From a virus, in IMG/VR virus record IMGVR_UViG_3300025435_000010, positions 67,145 to 131,144 of that record: a stretch of 64,000 nt of DNA; one strand, written 5' to 3'. Every line of letters begins with the position of its first letter. The stretch's first letter is position 1. The notes under the pieces are model-generated. The model searched no databases. It was not told where the DNA came from and saw only the letters and a program-made list of their open reading frames with translations. Shown one piece after another: positions 48,755-59,374 of the stretch. The translations under genes were made by a program, and so were the position numbers.

Positions 48755-50617
48755 ATGGCAACTAACAACAATCAATTTAACGATTTTAATCTACCGGTAA
48801 ATGCCTACGCGGCATTTGATGCCCTTAGCTTAAAGAATCTTATTATTACGAGGCTTAACTCAACTAATAATTATACAGACCAACAATTTGAAGGTAGTAA
48901 TCTTTCATCAATTATTGATATTATTGCCTACGCATACCACGTTTTACTGTTTTATTTAAATAGAACTAGTGCTGAAAGTACATTTACTACTGCTGAGCTT
49001 TATGAAAACGTTAACAAGATCGTTAAATTAATTGGCTATAACCCCGTTGGGTATCAAACAGCCATCCTACCGTTTCAAGCCAAGAGTAATGGTAATTTAC
49101 CTACAGCGACTTTTACTATACCACGTTATTCATTTTTTAATGTAAACGGTACAACATACTCATTCAATAGTGATGCAACATTTACAAATACAACTAATGC
49201 AGCATCTACCCTAACAGACTTACAGGATAATAATTTATTATATCAGGGTACGTATACAGAATACCCCACCTACGCGGCGTATGGTGCGCCTTTCGAAGTT
49301 TTAACATTGACAATTGTTGATACAAACGGGCAGAACGTTCTAATCGATCACTTCAATACCGATGTCTATGTCAAAAGTAGTGTAGCAGCTAATGCTACCT
49401 GGATAAAATGGGCACCCACACAATCCTTATTCCTTGAACAATCAAACGCTACAAAATATGAAATCCGACTTAATGAAAATGGTAGATACGAAATAAAATT
49501 CGGTAACGGCGTCACAGGTCAACAATTAAATTCTGGTGATCAAGTAGCTGTCTATTATCTCAAAACAGATGGTGTAAAAGGACAAATCGGACCAAATCAA
49601 TTAAATGGTAAACAATTATTCTTCTATAATACAGCGAGATTTAATTCTATTGCAGCTAATGTAATTTCACGTAATCTTAACTTACTCACATCAACAAACG
49701 CTGCAAATATTGTCTTTTCAAATACTGACCCTTCTACGAATTTTATTGCTGCTGAAGATGTAACGAGTATCAAGCTCAACGCACCAAACACATTTAGAAG
49801 TCAATTTAGACTTGTTACACCGAATGACTATGTTACTTATATTGATAAAAACTATAGTAACATTATTACATCGTCTCGCGTTGTTAGTAACTGGGATTAT
49901 ATTTCCGGTCATTTAAAATATTATTACGATCTAGGGTTAACCACACCTAATACACAATCACGCATACTATACAATCAAGTTAAATTTGCTGATACAAGTA
50001 ATTTCAATAATATCTATATCTATGCTGTACCGAAGTTAGCTAAAACATCATCACTCTCTACAAGAGTTAACTATCTTAATAGCGCTCAAAAGCAATTAAT
50101 CATTAATGATTTGCAAAATAGTAAACTAACAACAGCGGAAATTATTGTAAATGACCCTGTTTATGTGGAGGTAGCTCTTGGTGTCGCTTCATCGGGTAGT
50201 GTATTGACGCCAAATATGGCTAAAAGTACAAAACTAGTAGTGACAAGAGATATCACATCAAGCAATTCTCCGACATCTATTGCCCAACAAGTTGCTAATG
50301 TGTTGGTAAACTATTTCTCCACGACAAACGATAACCTCGGCTTACTAATTGATATTGCAGGTCTAAATGGTCAAATTCTTAACATAAACGGTGTTACTAA
50401 GGTAGTCACGCAATATACAGATGCCAATGGAAATGTATTTACAGTGCCCGGTGTGAGTTTACTCATATCTAACCCCGTGCACCCATATGATGATATTAAT
50501 GTATATACTCAAAATGTACCATTACCTTATTTTAAGTTCCCATATCTAGCAAATGCATTACAATTTGTTAATAATATCAATGTCGTTACCCCTTCGATAC
50601 AATCGCTAACACATTAA
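48755..50617 (+). CDS. gp6: gp6-like baseplate wedge subunit
   Basis: DQQFEGSNLS.IIDI.AY, KLIGYNP, IKFGNG..G, IK.NAP..F..Q.RLVT..DY. Confidence 0.88.
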   Translation: MATNNNQFNDFNLPVNAYAAFDALSLKNLIITRLNSTNNYTDQQFEGSNLSSIIDIIAYAYHVLLFYLNRTSAESTFTTAELYENVNKIVKLIGYNPVGYQTAILPFQAKSNGNLPTATFTIPRYSFFNVNGTTYSFNSDATFTNTTNAASTLTDLQDNNLLYQGTYTEYPTYAAYGAPFEVLTLTIVDTNGQNVLIDHFNTDVYVKSSVAANATWIKWAPTQSLFLEQSNATKYEIRLNENGRYEIKFGNGVTGQQLNSGDQVAVYYLKTDGVKGQIGPNQLNGKQLFFYNTARFNSIAANVISRNLNLLTSTNAANIVFSNTDPSTNFIAAEDVTSIKLNAPNTFRSQFRLVTPNDYVTYIDKNYSNIITSSRVVSNWDYISGHLKYYYDLGLTTPNTQSRILYNQVKFADTSNFNNIYIYAVPKLAKTSSLSTRVNYLNSAQKQLIINDLQNSKLTTAEIIVNDPVYVEVALGVASSGSVLTPNMAKSTKLVVTRDITSSNSPTSIAQQVANVLVNYFSTTNDNLGLLIDIAGLNGQILNINGVTKVVTQYTDANGNVFTVPGVSLLISNPVHPYDDINVYTQNVPLPYFKFPYLANALQFVNNINVVTPSIQSLTH

Positions 50618-50630
50618 GGAAATATAACAG

Positions 50631-53600
50631 ATGCCTAACAGTTTAAACTATACATATATCTATTTTAATGTAGTTGACTATACAGGCAATAGTTCTCTGT
50701 CTTCATTTACTCTCAGTAATACACCACTCACTTTTCGTCCTGATTTTACCACGTCATCGATTTTATCGGGATCAAATAGCATATCAAATAAATCCCTGCA
50801 CTGGGATTTTGGAGATGGCACATCGTCTAATGACCTCATACCAACACATAATTATGTATGGCCTGGTGAATACACCGTAACGTTAACAATATTTGACAAA
50901 TACGGTAATGCATATGATAGTAACTATCAACCCACAATACAGATCTTTGATTACATCTCTACCCAAATTGATTTTCAAGACTATAAAAGCTTAGTATACG
51001 ATATACCTTCCGGTCAGATAATCGATCCCTTGATACTTAACACATATTTTAGTTGGCAAGACTATCAAGCTCTTAGTGGTACAGCTTTAAGCGCATCTGG
51101 CTATACGATTAATCTATATGCTTCAGGAGCTAAGGGTGATTACAATTATGTCGCTAATGCCTTACTGGATAAATGGGAGCATTTAAGGTCCTTGAGTCGT
51201 TTTTATGTGTTATCTACTGTAAATGGCTATACTGACTATACAATTGTTGATAGTGTACAACCACAGCTTACACCCGTATACGCAGCAATACAAAATAACA
51301 AATTACAGCTTTGTTCGTCGTCTATCTCAGGTAGTGTTCTTGTAGGTGTAACAGGTAGTTCACAATTCTGGTATACGGATGACAGACCAGCTAATTATCT
51401 TACTGATAGTAAACCTATTATTCTCTTTGCTACTTTAGATAGCTCAAAATTTCATGATAAATTTACTCAAGAAAATAACGCTTTTAATTATATTAACTAC
51501 CCACCATACGGGTTTCAAAATTTAGAGCCTGCCGTATTTCCAAATATTAAAACGCGGTATAACCCTGCCGACCATATTTCAATCACCACTACAGGTATCG
51601 ATGGTGAAGGTACACTTCCTATCAATAGTTTTAACTTACCTAGTATTAGCTGGCAACAAACAGAAATACCGTATGTAATTAAATTTAAGGACTCACTAAA
51701 TTTTACAACAAAAAATTACCCTGCCCTATCTTCTTCTATTGCCCAGGGTTCAGGTATTTACGGTAACCCACAGCCTTATTATGACGTTCAAACAGGCGTT
51801 GTATATATTAGCGGTGGTGTGTACTTACCGCTATCTGGTGTAACATTTTATGAGGATTTTCCTGCACAGGCACCACAAAGCTTAGGTGCATTTTATAAAG
51901 GGTATTTTGTATCCAGCCAATCAAGTACAAATTGCGTACTCACGGCATCAGTGACAATTATAGACCCAGCTTATTATCGCAAGGACTCCCTTATAAGTTG
52001 GATTGCTATCCCACAATATAATTCTGCGTTAAGACTCTTACGACAAGAAGCTATTGATGGGTATACTCTATCTGATACAATTACATTTACCAATGGACTT
52101 TCGTCAGAATTTAATATCAATAACCAAAATGTGTATGCTATAACTGTAGTCCCATCCGGTAATAGTCCTGATAATGACTATCAAACCTGGTTTGCCGATA
52201 GTGTAAACGATCAACTTGTAAAATATGATGTAAATGGTAATCAAGTACCTTTATACTATACAGCCTCCTTAACAGGCGCGAATAATGCATATTATAGTCT
52301 TGCATTATCATCGATGCCGACACTTGTTAACAATACTATTGTTTATCAATCATATCAATCAACACCGACTAATGGTGTATCGGCGTTTGCAACCCCAAAT
52401 GATATGGCTTTAGATGGAAACAGTGATCTCTGGGTATCATTGCTCGATAGTGGGCTAGTTATTAAGATTACTAACGGTACGTTAAACGGTGTATTAACTG
52501 GTAGTTATGTAACCACGTACGCTGTACCGAGCGGTTATAGCTATCCCTTATCTGCGAGTTATTTCTACGAAAATAAAACTGACTATAATACAACAAGCGG
52601 TTTTGCCGGTGAAGGTTTAATTTTACCGTCTTCAGTTGACACCGATTTATATAATAATATTTGGGTAGCGTATAATCACCCTGATTATAATAAACTGATA
52701 AAATATCAAGGTGTCGGTAATTTCTCAAATATAGCTACACAGCTAACATCAATTTCTTTCCCTTACGGTGTCACACCTGAAATGATACGCATTGACAGAA
52801 ATCAATATATTTGGGTTACATGCAATAACCATAACTCGAACGGTATTGGCTTCGGCACCTACAATGACCTTCTATATAAATTTGATACTAACGGTAACTT
52901 AGTACAAGGGTATCCATTATCAGGCTTTCAACAAATAGGTGATATTGTCATTGACGGTAGTCAAAACGCCTGGGTTGTACAAGGAGCTGATATATTAACG
53001 AGGGTAGATGGGGTATTGGCTACAACAAATAACGTCGCCGCGGGGTTACGTGACCCTGACGGTACGTCAACAAATAATAAAACAGAATATATCTGCAGCA
53101 TTGGCGGTGTAACATGCGATACTGATAATAATATTTGGATTATCAATAATTTCGATAAAAATTTATACACAATCAATACCAGTCTCGCGAATGCAACACC
53201 TAGAGTTAATTCTTTTTCTCCAAAATATACGCTACCATTAACCTATCCGCTTCCTGGGTTATCACCTATATCCGCATATACAATACCAGCGACACCTGTA
53301 CCTAACACCTACAGTGACGGCTTACAGGAATTCCAGGCAATCGGTGACTGGAATGGATACAACTGGTTAAACAAATACGCTGCACCTATCAGTACTATTC
53401 GTACGATTACAGGATCATCTAGCTTATTTAATATCTACCCAGGGACAGGTGAATATAATCTCGCTAAGGTTAACGATAACTGGAACGCAGCAGGATATTA
53501 TGAATCTTTACGCTATCAAGAATCACTCATTAATAAACCGGTATTCTTTGAGCAATTTCTTGGTGTTATTCTCGGTGGTCTTAACGCTCAACCCTATGAA

Positions 53601-54290
53601 CTTGGTAAGACTATTTACGAGAAGATTGCAAACTTTGTAGATAATAATGCTGATATCGATAAAGTCAATGTTAATCAGCTATTATCATTCTGCCAGGAAT
53701 TAACTGTTGACTATCAACAGCATGTCTACATATTACCACCTCAAATTCAGCGTTTAGTAGATCTATTATCAATTAAACAGAGCGTTCTTTGGGGCCAACC
53801 TAACCAATACGCGCTAAATTTTAACTCACGTGGTACAACGATATCAAATAGTACATATGGAGCTAATTTGAGTTCACAAATTGACCCGCTTACAGGTATA
53901 TTTACAAACGGCGTACCTATTGTAGCGCAGGAGGTATTCTCCGGTAATTTTAAGCTTGTAAATACTAACATTATTAGTAATAGTGCTAATACTATTTCAC
54001 TTTCTGCTTATACACCTAATTGGGGATGGGGACTAGTTATTAGTGATGATATAACAGGTACAAACATTACAAATTATTATAAATTTTTTAATTATAACCC
54101 TACACCAAATAATACCTATTATAACAATATTATTGATTGGACTAATCCGCTTACAACACTATCACCAACTAATAGCTCCTATCAAGCATGGAGCTCAGAT
54201 AATGGTATTGTACAAAACATACTCAGCTACGAGTTAACAAAGGGTCTAAGGCTCTTTACCTCTGCTGTCAACATTACCTATAATAGCTAA
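50631..54290 (+). CDS. Large baseplate-associated protein with PKD domain and beta-propeller repeats
   Basis: WDFGDG...HNYVWPGEYTVTL (PKD); repeated D..(G/N)N(I/L)WV blades; follows gp6. Confidence 0.7.
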   Translation: MPNSLNYTYIYFNVVDYTGNSSLSSFTLSNTPLTFRPDFTTSSILSGSNSISNKSLHWDFGDGTSSNDLIPTHNYVWPGEYTVTLTIFDKYGNAYDSNYQPTIQIFDYISTQIDFQDYKSLVYDIPSGQIIDPLILNTYFSWQDYQALSGTALSASGYTINLYASGAKGDYNYVANALLDKWEHLRSLSRFYVLSTVNGYTDYTIVDSVQPQLTPVYAAIQNNKLQLCSSSISGSVLVGVTGSSQFWYTDDRPANYLTDSKPIILFATLDSSKFHDKFTQENNAFNYINYPPYGFQNLEPAVFPNIKTRYNPADHISITTTGIDGEGTLPINSFNLPSISWQQTEIPYVIKFKDSLNFTTKNYPALSSSIAQGSGIYGNPQPYYDVQTGVVYISGGVYLPLSGVTFYEDFPAQAPQSLGAFYKGYFVSSQSSTNCVLTASVTIIDPAYYRKDSLISWIAIPQYNSALRLLRQEAIDGYTLSDTITFTNGLSSEFNINNQNVYAITVVPSGNSPDNDYQTWFADSVNDQLVKYDVNGNQVPLYYTASLTGANNAYYSLALSSMPTLVNNTIVYQSYQSTPTNGVSAFATPNDMALDGNSDLWVSLLDSGLVIKITNGTLNGVLTGSYVTTYAVPSGYSYPLSASYFYENKTDYNTTSGFAGEGLILPSSVDTDLYNNIWVAYNHPDYNKLIKYQGVGNFSNIATQLTSISFPYGVTPEMIRIDRNQYIWVTCNNHNSNGIGFGTYNDLLYKFDTNGNLVQGYPLSGFQQIGDIVIDGSQNAWVVQGADILTRVDGVLATTNNVAAGLRDPDGTSTNNKTEYICSIGGVTCDTDNNIWIINNFDKNLYTINTSLANATPRVNSFSPKYTLPLTYPLPGLSPISAYTIPATPVPNTYSDGLQEFQAIGDWNGYNWLNKYAAPISTIRTITGSSSLFNIYPGTGEYNLAKVNDNWNAAGYYESLRYQESLINKPVFFEQFLGVILGGLNAQPYELGKTIYEKIANFVDNNADIDKVNVNQLLSFCQELTVDYQQHVYILPPQIQRLVDLLSIKQSVLWGQPNQYALNFNSRGTTISNSTYGANLSSQIDPLTGIFTNGVPIVAQEVFSGNFKLVNTNIISNSANTISLSAYTPNWGWGLVISDDITGTNITNYYKFFNYNPTPNNTYYNNIIDWTNPLTTLSPTNSSYQAWSSDNGIVQNILSYELTKGLRLFTSAVNITYNS

Positions 54291-54298
54291 ATATTTCC

Positions 54299-57200
54299 AT
54301 GGCTGATGTATTGCAATTTATAGATGAAAGGTTGAGCAATTCGATAACAGCGCTTGTCCCGCCTGCAAATCCTATCGATCGTATTCAGCCCTTAACCTTT
54401 ACCGATTGGCTCAAATATAATACACGTCTTTTTACAACAACTAATGAATTTTTAAATAGGTATCAATCCTATCTTAATAATTGGTATACAGCAAACAAAA
54501 CATCTATTGAACATCAAACAACAGGTGTTCAGAGTTACTATACAGATTTAATTAATGAAATTGTAATTAATTATACGTCTAGTGACGAGCAGCGCTATTT
54601 ACAAAATCTCGATCTTTCAAACTCTCGTGATTTAGCAATCGCTGTTCCCTTCTTCGCACAAAAAATAAAAGAGATCTGCCTCTATTATAGTAACTTGCGT
54701 GATGAAGTACAGACATCAACAATACAATTTAACCTCAAGGGCTCTAACATTGGTAATGAAAATCTAATATATGTCTCACTAATTAAGGCGTTACAAACTC
54801 CTGAAATTTTAAATCAATTATCAACTCTTGGCTTATCTATATCATCAATTAGTAATAACATAGCTATCGATATTGAGGAATTATACGATACATATCCTGA
54901 TTATTATGATATAAATCCTGTTTTACCTGCCTCTGCATATAACGTAACAACAGGACTAAGAAATGACTATTTTTCAGCAAATACTGTAAATCTTGATCCT
55001 TATCTTGACCTTAATATTAATATAAGCATTTTAAATGCTATCTTAGCTTATCCCTTTTATGCTATCGAGCTCGGCAGTGATCTTACAATCGATCCTCTAG
55101 TTAATTCATCGCAGTTAAATCTATTAAAAGATAGTGACTTCATATCCACAGTAAACGACGGTAATATTGATAATCTCAATGTACAAACTCAAGCCCTAGA
55201 GCTATCCAAATACATGGGTGTTGATTATTATTATATTGTAACATCGACAACAAACACATATACCTCAGGATCTTTGTTTACAGCAAATAGTGAATTTGCT
55301 AATACCCTCAACAAGCGCTACCCAACGATAGCAGCTATTCCCAGTCAAGAATTTTTAAAAACCGCAAAAGAGCTTGGTCTGTTTTTTAAACCGGATAAGA
55401 TCGGTCTTTCTAATTTTACTAATTTTAAATTTACAGCTTCCGTAGATTTAACTCAGTTACAGCCAAATTCTGTTTATTATTTTCCTGATCCTTCCAAATA
55501 CGGTAATATTTCCGGTAATTCAAAAACACAATTTCAATCACCGTTAAACTTTTTCGAAGAAAACTACTTTAATAAAATTGATTATAGTAATCAATATCGA
55601 TTTGGCGATGTAGCTACGGATCCTGCCTATCAAACACTTCGTGCGTATCAATCAAGAGAGCAAACACTTAATTACTCCAATGACGGACTATCACGATACG
55701 TTGATTCACAAGATTTCTTCACTGGAGACATGGATACAATATGGAGTAATGTTGATGCATATCCCCTTGCCTCAGTTAGTCAATTTCCAATCGATAGCCG
55801 ATTACAGGATCTATTGACATTAAATCAAAATTTATTTCAATATAAGAGTGATGTGTATGGAAATGAGTACGGTTTGTATAAAACAACTACAAACAAGCAA
55901 TTCAGTACTGCACTAAGTCCGGTTAGTGTATTAGACTTAATTATTGATGGTTTTGTATTTAATACGTCAGCAGTAGATGTTAATTTCGTTGATGCAACGC
56001 AGACCTTTAACGGTGTCAATTTTAATAGCTGGTTAACCTATAGTTCAACACCAAGCTATTCGGCGTTTAATCTTAAGACTCAATATTCAGGCGTTGTATT
56101 AAAAACAAGCTATACAGAATCTCGCGCTAATAACACCTTTAATTTTACCAAACAATCCATAAATCCAAAATTTGTAGTTAATAATTTACCAGGACGCAAT
56201 AGAAATTATATTATTGATGACGGTACAGGGTTCTCCACATCAGATGATTCAGGTAATGTAATGGTACTTGAATCATATGATTTTAAAACAAATGATGCAT
56301 TTACAACTACAAGTGCCGTAAATGTTGCATATGTATGTGAGTTCCATGATGCTGTAACATTTACTAGACCATATACTGCTAATAATGCTGCTTTACCTGA
56401 TTCGCCGAGTGATGCACCAAATTTCAATATTAATAACCCTACACTCTATTATAATGAATTAGTAGATGGTTCGATTATTAACGTCAATACAGGGACAGGC
56501 TATATTGATAGCTTTACATTCAACGACCCGACATCATATATTACAAAACAATATGATTGTGGTGTTTTCTTTGATACAACAATAAATGCAGAACCTTGTA
56601 GTAGCGTATATTCGTATTCATATGTTGAACTCAATAATTTTGTTAATACCCGCTTAATTGATAGAAATACAGCACTAGATTTCTCTTTATCAGGAATCGA
56701 TACCAACAGAAATTCTCTATATTATACACGACATCTTCAATATGGTGATTTATATTTTAGAAACGCAAATAGCACAATAATAGGTCCAATTTCGTCTACA
56801 TTGAGTGCAACGTTCTTAAATTACCCACTAGCTGTACGCAATCAAATTTATAACAATACAATTAATTTTGATTTATACTTTGATACCTTACAGATTGAGA
56901 CTAAAGATTACCTCATTTTTGATAAAATTGAATACGATTACGATACAAATCAGGTAGTGGGCTCGGTTAAGGGATATGATGTTATTCCTCGTGGTAGTGG
57001 CACTGACTTTGAAAAATTTTCTACTGTATGGTTCGACGAATCGACAAATGTATTAATGGTGTGTGTAACAACACTCTTTAATCAGTTAAGTGATACTAAT
57101 TATAAAATTGTATATCCAACAATATACACTATTAATCTTAATAATAGACAATCAAATATAGTATACCCTGTTGAAAGCCCTAGTACCCTAACATTTAATT

Positions 57201-57559
57201 CTCTCAGTGCTTTCTCATTATACGGTCAAGGTATTGAACTTAACATCGTTAAAGTTGAAAAGCCAATCTTAAATTACAGTAAGGATACAGGATACTTTAC
57301 CCTTACTTACCTCGGTAAAGATGCAGCTAACTGTTTCTATATCTTTACAACTCGCTACCAGTTTATCAATAATCAAATTGTTAATATGAACTCAACAGTA
57401 CATATTCCTTCTACCAACACATATCATATTAACTTCGCAAATACCCTACCTAATGGTGCACGTGTCGGTACACCGTATCTTGATACATATACAATTATTG
57501 GATCCGCCGCCGGTTACGTGAATACAACCGATAATACCTTTACCTGGGGACCGCAATAA
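54299..57559 (+). CDS. Large structural (tail/baseplate) protein
   Basis: 1086 aa, Asn/Thr/Ser/Tyr-rich; TAAATA 5 nt upstream. Confidence 0.65.
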   Translation: MADVLQFIDERLSNSITALVPPANPIDRIQPLTFTDWLKYNTRLFTTTNEFLNRYQSYLNNWYTANKTSIEHQTTGVQSYYTDLINEIVINYTSSDEQRYLQNLDLSNSRDLAIAVPFFAQKIKEICLYYSNLRDEVQTSTIQFNLKGSNIGNENLIYVSLIKALQTPEILNQLSTLGLSISSISNNIAIDIEELYDTYPDYYDINPVLPASAYNVTTGLRNDYFSANTVNLDPYLDLNINISILNAILAYPFYAIELGSDLTIDPLVNSSQLNLLKDSDFISTVNDGNIDNLNVQTQALELSKYMGVDYYYIVTSTTNTYTSGSLFTANSEFANTLNKRYPTIAAIPSQEFLKTAKELGLFFKPDKIGLSNFTNFKFTASVDLTQLQPNSVYYFPDPSKYGNISGNSKTQFQSPLNFFEENYFNKIDYSNQYRFGDVATDPAYQTLRAYQSREQTLNYSNDGLSRYVDSQDFFTGDMDTIWSNVDAYPLASVSQFPIDSRLQDLLTLNQNLFQYKSDVYGNEYGLYKTTTNKQFSTALSPVSVLDLIIDGFVFNTSAVDVNFVDATQTFNGVNFNSWLTYSSTPSYSAFNLKTQYSGVVLKTSYTESRANNTFNFTKQSINPKFVVNNLPGRNRNYIIDDGTGFSTSDDSGNVMVLESYDFKTNDAFTTTSAVNVAYVCEFHDAVTFTRPYTANNAALPDSPSDAPNFNINNPTLYYNELVDGSIINVNTGTGYIDSFTFNDPTSYITKQYDCGVFFDTTINAEPCSSVYSYSYVELNNFVNTRLIDRNTALDFSLSGIDTNRNSLYYTRHLQYGDLYFRNANSTIIGPISSTLSATFLNYPLAVRNQIYNNTINFDLYFDTLQIETKDYLIFDKIEYDYDTNQVVGSVKGYDVIPRGSGTDFEKFSTVWFDESTNVLMVCVTTLFNQLSDTNYKIVYPTIYTINLNNRQSNIVYPVESPSTLTFNSLSAFSLYGQGIELNIVKVEKPILNYSKDTGYFTLTYLGKDAANCFYIFTTRYQFINNQIVNMNSTVHIPSTNTYHINFANTLPNGARVGTPYLDTYTIIGSAAGYVNTTDNTFTWGPQ

Positions 57560-57561
57560 TA

Positions 57562-57921
57562 TTACTCTAGAGTAAGAAGATACTTCAGACGATTGAGCTC
57601 ACCGAGCATACTATCGCGTATATTAAGAAGATCGGTATCTTTAACAGAATCGACCTCATCTGTAATATCAATAAGATAACCGATAAAACTATCAACAACT
57701 TCAAGATAATTATCACTGAGATTATCGAGTTGTATGTTATAGCTAGTCGCAGCTTTTGAGCGACCATACTTACCCATAAAAACCTCTACAAATTCATCAA
57801 TTTGCTCGTCGAGATGCTCATACGCCTTGCCGAAAGCCTTGTGTTGCGCGTAACTAGAAGTTTGCCAATGAAAAATTCTTAATTGATTTTGAATTTGAAG
57901 AAATGGTGATAAAAGCTTCAT
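57562..57921 (-). CDS. Ferritin/Dps-like four-helix protein (DUF5856-like)
   Basis: HWQT..YAQHKAF...YE.L...ID.FVE..MGKYGR, LLNIRD.ML....LKYLLTL. Confidence 0.75.
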   Translation of the reverse strand: MKLLSPFLQIQNQLRIFHWQTSSYAQHKAFGKAYEHLDEQIDEFVEVFMGKYGRSKAATSYNIQLDNLSDNYLEVVDSFIGYLIDITDEVDSVKDTDLLNIRDSMLGELNRLKYLLTLE

Positions 57922-57936
57922 TTATGATATTTATTG

Positions 57937-58407
57937 TTAAACTCCAAAAGCAGTACAGAGTAATGATGTGGTATCTTGACTAGCTGCTGTACTGACTGTA
58001 TTATATGATTCATAATCACCATAAGGATCTAAGGCATTTGTGGTAATAGTGATAGAAGCAGATGTTTGCTTTTGCGATAAATGCGGCATGGTCATATCAA
58101 TTTTACCTAAAATAAGCGCTAAAAGTTGGTGTAGTACAATATCAGAATTTGCTTCATTAACAAACTCAATAATATCACTCTCAGTAAATTTACCTTTTAG
58201 AACTTCAAAGGGATTTGCATAATGACCAAAGACGAAATGAGGTAAATACTTGTTAGCTAAAGTAGCACAATCTTTAATAACATGAAAGGCAGCTGGTGTT
58301 TGTATGGTAATACCAGTCTCTGGTCGTTCGGCAGCTTTTTTAGAAGGACCATAAAGCTTAGCTTCTTTAATTTGACTATTCTGTAGTATTTGATCTATAA
58401 ATTTCAT
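57937..58407 (-). CDS. Hypothetical protein
   Basis: 156-aa ORF; N-terminus MKFIDQIL...IKEA. Confidence 0.55.
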   Translation of the reverse strand: MKFIDQILQNSQIKEAKLYGPSKKAAERPETGITIQTPAAFHVIKDCATLANKYLPHFVFGHYANPFEVLKGKFTESDIIEFVNEANSDIVLHQLLALILGKIDMTMPHLSQKQTSASITITTNALDPYGDYESYNTVSTAASQDTTSLLCTAFGV

Positions 58408-59093
58408 TTGTTCTTAGTGTGATTGAGCATAGATATGATTTCATGCTTCATATAATTTATCGGGTAATGAGTAAATTTACACGCTTCCCGATCAAAGTAA
58501 ATAACACCTAATTGATTAACCCGACGCCCGGTAATACCCTGATACATAAAAGCATAGAGTGAGAGTTGAAGTGCGTAATTTGAATATTCACAAGCAGGTA
58601 GATGCTCAACCGGGGAAAGCAAATAATCGCTATACTGACTATACATATTAAACTTCTTATTTGTCTTAAAATCGAAAATACTAAACCCGCCTTTATCTTC
58701 TACACGGATAATATCAGCAGTTCCGGCAATCTTATACTCATGGTTGTATACTTGCTGTTCAGAGAGAATATTATCACGCTTAGCATCAATAAGATCAAGA
58801 TCAATATAAGCCTGAATAATATCAACGTACTTTATATCATAGGTACCCATTTTATTATACTGCTCAATTGCAGCATGTATTTCAGTACCGTAGGTCTTAC
58901 TAAAGTCATTTGCTTGCTTCCATTCTGCCTTTACTTCCGCTACTGTACACTTTCTTTTCTTTGCAACACGCTCCGCTATAACATCCGCCTCAAACGGTTT
59001 CTTAAACTTATTAAGAATAGCAGATGCAGAGGTATAGACCTCCCCTGTAAATTCGTTTTTATAAGAATGAGCAACAGGGTCAAAAATTAACAT
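58404..59093 (-). CDS. PD-(D/E)XK exonuclease (Cas4/RecB-like)
   Basis: GTEIHAAIE, SEQ, IAGTADI, DFKTNK, YALQLSLYA; TTGATA-N16-TATAAT upstream. Confidence 0.85.
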   Translation of the reverse strand: MLIFDPVAHSYKNEFTGEVYTSASAILNKFKKPFEADVIAERVAKKRKCTVAEVKAEWKQANDFSKTYGTEIHAAIEQYNKMGTYDIKYVDIIQAYIDLDLIDAKRDNILSEQQVYNHEYKIAGTADIIRVEDKGGFSIFDFKTNKKFNMYSQYSDYLLSPVEHLPACEYSNYALQLSLYAFMYQGITGRRVNQLGVIYFDREACKFTHYPINYMKHEIISMLNHTKNK

Positions 59094-59131
59094 ATCCGCT
59101 AATTATACTAGCTTATAATAAGATATCAACC

Positions 59132-59344
59132 TTATTCCGAATAAACATACGTACAAGTATAGCCAGTACTGATAGCTGACTTATGTACAAGTTTACACTT
59201 CATTGAAAGTAGACGTTTATTAAGATAGGAAAACCATTGCCTCTTTACATTGATAATAATGCTACCCTTTTTATGATCGACAAGCATTGTATCTGTAAAC
59301 TCCTCGCAGATTGCTGCTATAGCAGTTAAAGTAGACATTATCAT
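59132..59344 (-). CDS. Small hypothetical protein
   Basis: 70-aa ORF; TAAATA upstream, real start may be the second Met. Confidence 0.5.
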   Translation of the reverse strand: MIMSTLTAIAAICEEFTDTMLVDHKKGSIIINVKRQWFSYLNKRLLSMKCKLVHKSAISTGYTCTYVYSE

Positions 59345-59374
59345 AATATTTATGGATAATGTCCTCCATGGTTT

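Noticed and set aside
30504-54290. Extracellular contractile injection system or tailocin
   Set aside because: Terminase, neck, late sigma and a full replisome are present, so this is a phage genome.
58404-59093. Cas4-like nuclease as a sign of a CRISPR system
   Set aside because: No repeat-spacer array or other cas gene is visible; solo PD-(D/E)XK exonucleases are common in phages.
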